This document shows positions 61,747-63,936 of a DNA stretch of 63,936 nt, one piece after another; positions within the stretch are counted from its first letter, which is position 1; each line of letters opens with the position of its first letter. The notes under the pieces were generated by a model. That model had not been told where the DNA came from. It saw nothing but the letters and a program-made list of their open reading frames with translations, and did not search any database. The translations under genes were made by a program, and so were the position numbers. Location of the stretch: NCBI GenBank assembly GCA_045655565.1, contig JAZOPN010000041.1, positions 1 through 63,936 of the forward strand. The letters are read 5' to 3'. This DNA is from Eubacteriales bacterium. GTDB taxonomy: Bacteria; Bacillota; Clostridia; Oscillospirales; CAG-272.

Positions 61747-63936
61747 TTAGTCAAGGACAGCTGAGGATAACTGAGGGGGTTCCTCGTCATCCACCGAGGG
61801 AGTCCAAAGACCAAACTCCTCACGCTTACGCCAAATTTCCTCATTGATAGCACCTATATATGATGTCATAGCATCAACTGCGTTTGCACCCTCGTTAACC
61901 GCATCAAGGAAAGCGAACTGTACATATCTAGTTATAATATAAGAGCCGGGGTAGTTAACTATTGAGGACATATGGGACATCTGGTTCATAATAGCCGCCT
62001 TCTCGTTAGCAGTCCAAGAAAGGTTGTTGATAGCGTGTAGGTTAGAGGTCTCGTATTTAGCCGAGGGACCCATGATCGCTACTATTCTGTTACCATACTC
62101 AGCAGACTGCTCCGCATCGGTCTCCCACTGCATAAACTGCCAAGCGGGAAGAAGGTTGTCGCGGTCCTCACAGCCATTAAGAATAACGGTAGCGGTAACC
62201 TGCGCGAGGGAGTCATAATTGAGAACCTGAGAAACTGTACCATCCTCATTCTCCACAGTTCTGAACGAACCGGGAAGTGAGCAGAATCTCCACAAGCCGG
62301 AAATCTCGGTCGCGTAAATAATAAGTTGGTTGTAAACATCGGCATAACCACCTATTACAATAGGCATCTCACCGGTTCTGAAACGGTTAGCCGCATCAAA
62401 GGATACAGGGAAGGAGTAGTCACTGTAAAGTCTACATGTGAAATCAAACGCCTCAAGAGCAACCTTAGAATCGATGTCAACCCTCGCTCCCGCATACTCG
62501 GGATCGTAGAGTGACTCATCGGTGTACTTCCACATACTACCGCCCATCTGATAGATCATGAAGTCTAGCGCCGCGATGCTTGAAACACCGATCTGCATGT
62601 TATTAGACTGGAGCAGGGGAAGCAGTGAGAGAAGATCATCCCAAGACTCGGGCACTTCCCTACCGATGTTAGCAAGTACATCCATACGATAGAACATCAT
62701 AGCGAACTGCATTGTTCTCGGTATTCCGTAGGATACACCGCGAAGTGCAATCGTATCCATAGCCGCGTCAGCAAAGTTGCCCTCAGTTGCTATATCAAAA
62801 GGCTTAGTCTCAAAGGAAAGCGTCTTCGTATCATCGCGCTCCGTGGTAGTCTCATAGGTCTTATCACCGGTCACAGGATCGATAGATACATATGTATAAT
62901 ATGGAGTAACAAATACAGAGTTGAACTCAGAGTTCTGTGCCTCAAGCACAGGGTCATTTCCGCTTACGCCGAGCACTGCCTCACGGATAGCGTAGTTAAT
63001 AACATCGGATGCGCCAAGGCCGAGATAAACATCGGGGCCTTTACGCGAGAGGATAGACGGTAAAAGAGTGCCGGAAGTAACCAGCTTAAGGGTCACTGCA
63101 ACACCGGTCTTGTCGGTGAAGCCACCCTCAGCGTCAATCATAGTACGCCAGATCTGAGACTGGTCACGACCTGCGGATATCCATACATCAACGTGCTCAA
63201 GGTCGGTGTTCTCAGTCTTAGAGGTAACACCCATCATATCATAATCGGTGAAGAACGAGGTGAAGAACGCCTTAATCTCGAACCACATGCCCTCGAAGAA
63301 GTTAGCCTCTGCACGAGGTAGCTCTGCATCGTTGGTCACGAGCTCACCCGCGTCATTCTTAATCATAGGAACAACACAGATGGTGTCAATCATAACCGTA
63401 CCCGCCTTAGAGCTATTGATCCAGGTACCGAGAGTACCGAGGTACGACTTAAGGTTGGACATATTTGCGGCAACGTCGTCACCGTTGTTCTGTCCCATTT
63501 TGTTAAGAAGAATAGCTATCGTTTCAAGGGTAGCTACGTGAGAACCGTTGGTTCCGCAAAGCTCGATAAGCTCTGCCTGAACGTCCATAAGCTCCTTAGC
63601 CTGGTCGATAAGGTTTACAAGAACCTCAGGGATGATCGAGAAGAACTGGTAGTCACGGTACTCGTCAGGAGAAGAACCGGTAAGCTGAAGAATGGTAAGG
63701 TAGCTCTCGTTTACAGAGCTAAGAACCGCCTCAACTCTCTGAATGAGGTTCTTGAGCGAGCCGAGTGAGCACTCGAGGTAGATGGTGTACTGAACACCCT
63801 TCTCGAAGTAGAACTCGAAGGCGTCGACATTACCGTCGCCGACGTAGTCAGACTGCCATTCCTTGTCGTAGTTGAACTGAGCGTTGTACGCCTCAAGGAA
63901 GGGAGCGGTAGGAGTTCCGTCAGCAAGACCGTAAGA
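61747..63936 (-). CDS. oversized extracellular solute-binding protein, 5' end beyond the window (partial)
   Basis: The reading frame containing the listed 613-aa ORF has no stop codon from 63589 to 63936 (checked triplet by triplet), so the gene continues off the right edge and is at least 729 aa. The C-terminal half has sugar-SBP-like features. No signal peptide at the listed Met, which is consistent with truncation. Confidence 0.7.
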   Translation of the reverse strand, partial: SYGLADGTPTAPFLEAYNAQFNYDKEWQSDYVGDGNVDAFEFYFEKGVQYTIYLECSLGSLKNLIQRVEAVLSSVNESYLTILQLTGSSPDEYRDYQFFSIIPEVLVNLIDQAKELMDVQAELIELCGTNGSHVATLETIAILLNKMGQNNGDDVAANMSNLKSYLGTLGTWINSSKAGTVMIDTICVVPMIKNDAGELVTNDAELPRAEANFFEGMWFEIKAFFTSFFTDYDMMGVTSKTENTDLEHVDVWISAGRDQSQIWRTMIDAEGGFTDKTGVAVTLKLVTSGTLLPSILSRKGPDVYLGLGASDVINYAIREAVLGVSGNDPVLEAQNSEFNSVFVTPYYTYVSIDPVTGDKTYETTTERDDTKTLSFETKPFDIATEGNFADAAMDTIALRGVSYGIPRTMQFAMMFYRMDVLANIGREVPESWDDLLSLLPLLQSNNMQIGVSSIAALDFMIYQMGGSMWKYTDESLYDPEYAGARVDIDSKVALEAFDFTCRLYSDYSFPVSFDAANRFRTGEMPIVIGGYADVYNQLIIYATEISGLWRFCSLPGSFRTVENEDGTVSQVLNYDSLAQVTATVILNGCEDRDNLLPAWQFMQWETDAEQSAEYGNRIVAIMGPSAKYETSNLHAINNLSWTANEKAAIMNQMSHMSSIVNYPGSYIITRYVQFAFLDAVNEGANAVDAMTSYIGAINEEIWRKREEFGLWTPSVDDEEPPQLSSAVLD

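Noticed and set aside
63711-63926. 71-aa minus-strand ORF at the right edge
   Set aside because: It is in a different frame from the continuous solute-binding-protein reading frame, which stays open to position 63936. Its translation is Ser/Thr/Leu-rich low-complexity sequence.
1-63936. Screen for CRISPR arrays, rRNA/tRNA genes, IS elements, integrases and prophage or toxin-antitoxin modules
   Set aside because: I saw no regularly spaced direct repeats, no rRNA- or tRNA-like sequences, and no DDE/tyrosine/serine recombinase motifs in any ORF. All intergenic regions are shorter than 400 bp and are largely accounted for by promoters and terminators.

Overview
This 63.9-kb window looks like a low- to mid-GC Firmicutes (Clostridia-type) chromosome. 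The taxon is inferred from AGGAGG-type ribosome-binding sites, TTGACA-17-TATAAT promoters and gene content. It is densely coding: I call 49 protein genes, one of them a frameshifted small ORF. I recognised no rRNA, tRNA, CRISPR array, transposase or integrase.

Left third:
- A minus-strand housekeeping array: cysS, Sel1-repeat protein, VanZ, PDZ/DUF512, der, obg, nitroreductase.
- On the plus strand: ftsK/spoIIIE with a very long acidic linker, a DJ-1 family gene, and a Cys-rich zinc-ribbon-like hypothetical.
- Then an amidase_3, a TtcA-like PP-loop ATPase, a NodB-type deacetylase, cysE, and an 823-aa secreted protein.
- Divergent from that secreted protein is a stand-alone 1258-aa SF1 helicase with a C-terminal Vsr/DUF559-like nuclease module.

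Middle:
- MarR plus a heterodimeric ABC exporter.
- argG-argH-argF, with a clear ArgR-type operator over the argG promoter.
- An AraC / metallo-beta-lactamase-fold / Ldh2-family module.
- yajC, pdxK, murA, DUF3810, an ABC-2 exporter, and M18 and M29 aminopeptidases.
- A FAD protein and a complete livJHMGF branched-chain amino-acid importer.

Right 12 kb (most unusual part): one tight minus-strand operon that is still open at the window edge.
- Gene order: oversized solute-binding protein, MalF/MalG-like permease pair, a secreted NHL-propeller/TPR/Yip1 membrane fusion, a 1205-aa secreted protein with no motif I can assign, then a second MalF/MalG-like permease pair.
- It encodes no ATPase, glycoside hydrolase or regulator that I can recognise.
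- I flag it as the best candidate for an uncharacterised cell-surface substrate capture and import system.

Secondary leads: the helicase-nuclease fusion, a homopolymer frameshift in a small ORF, and several non-coding repeats and palindromes. All family names come from reading motifs by eye and need HMM or structure confirmation.
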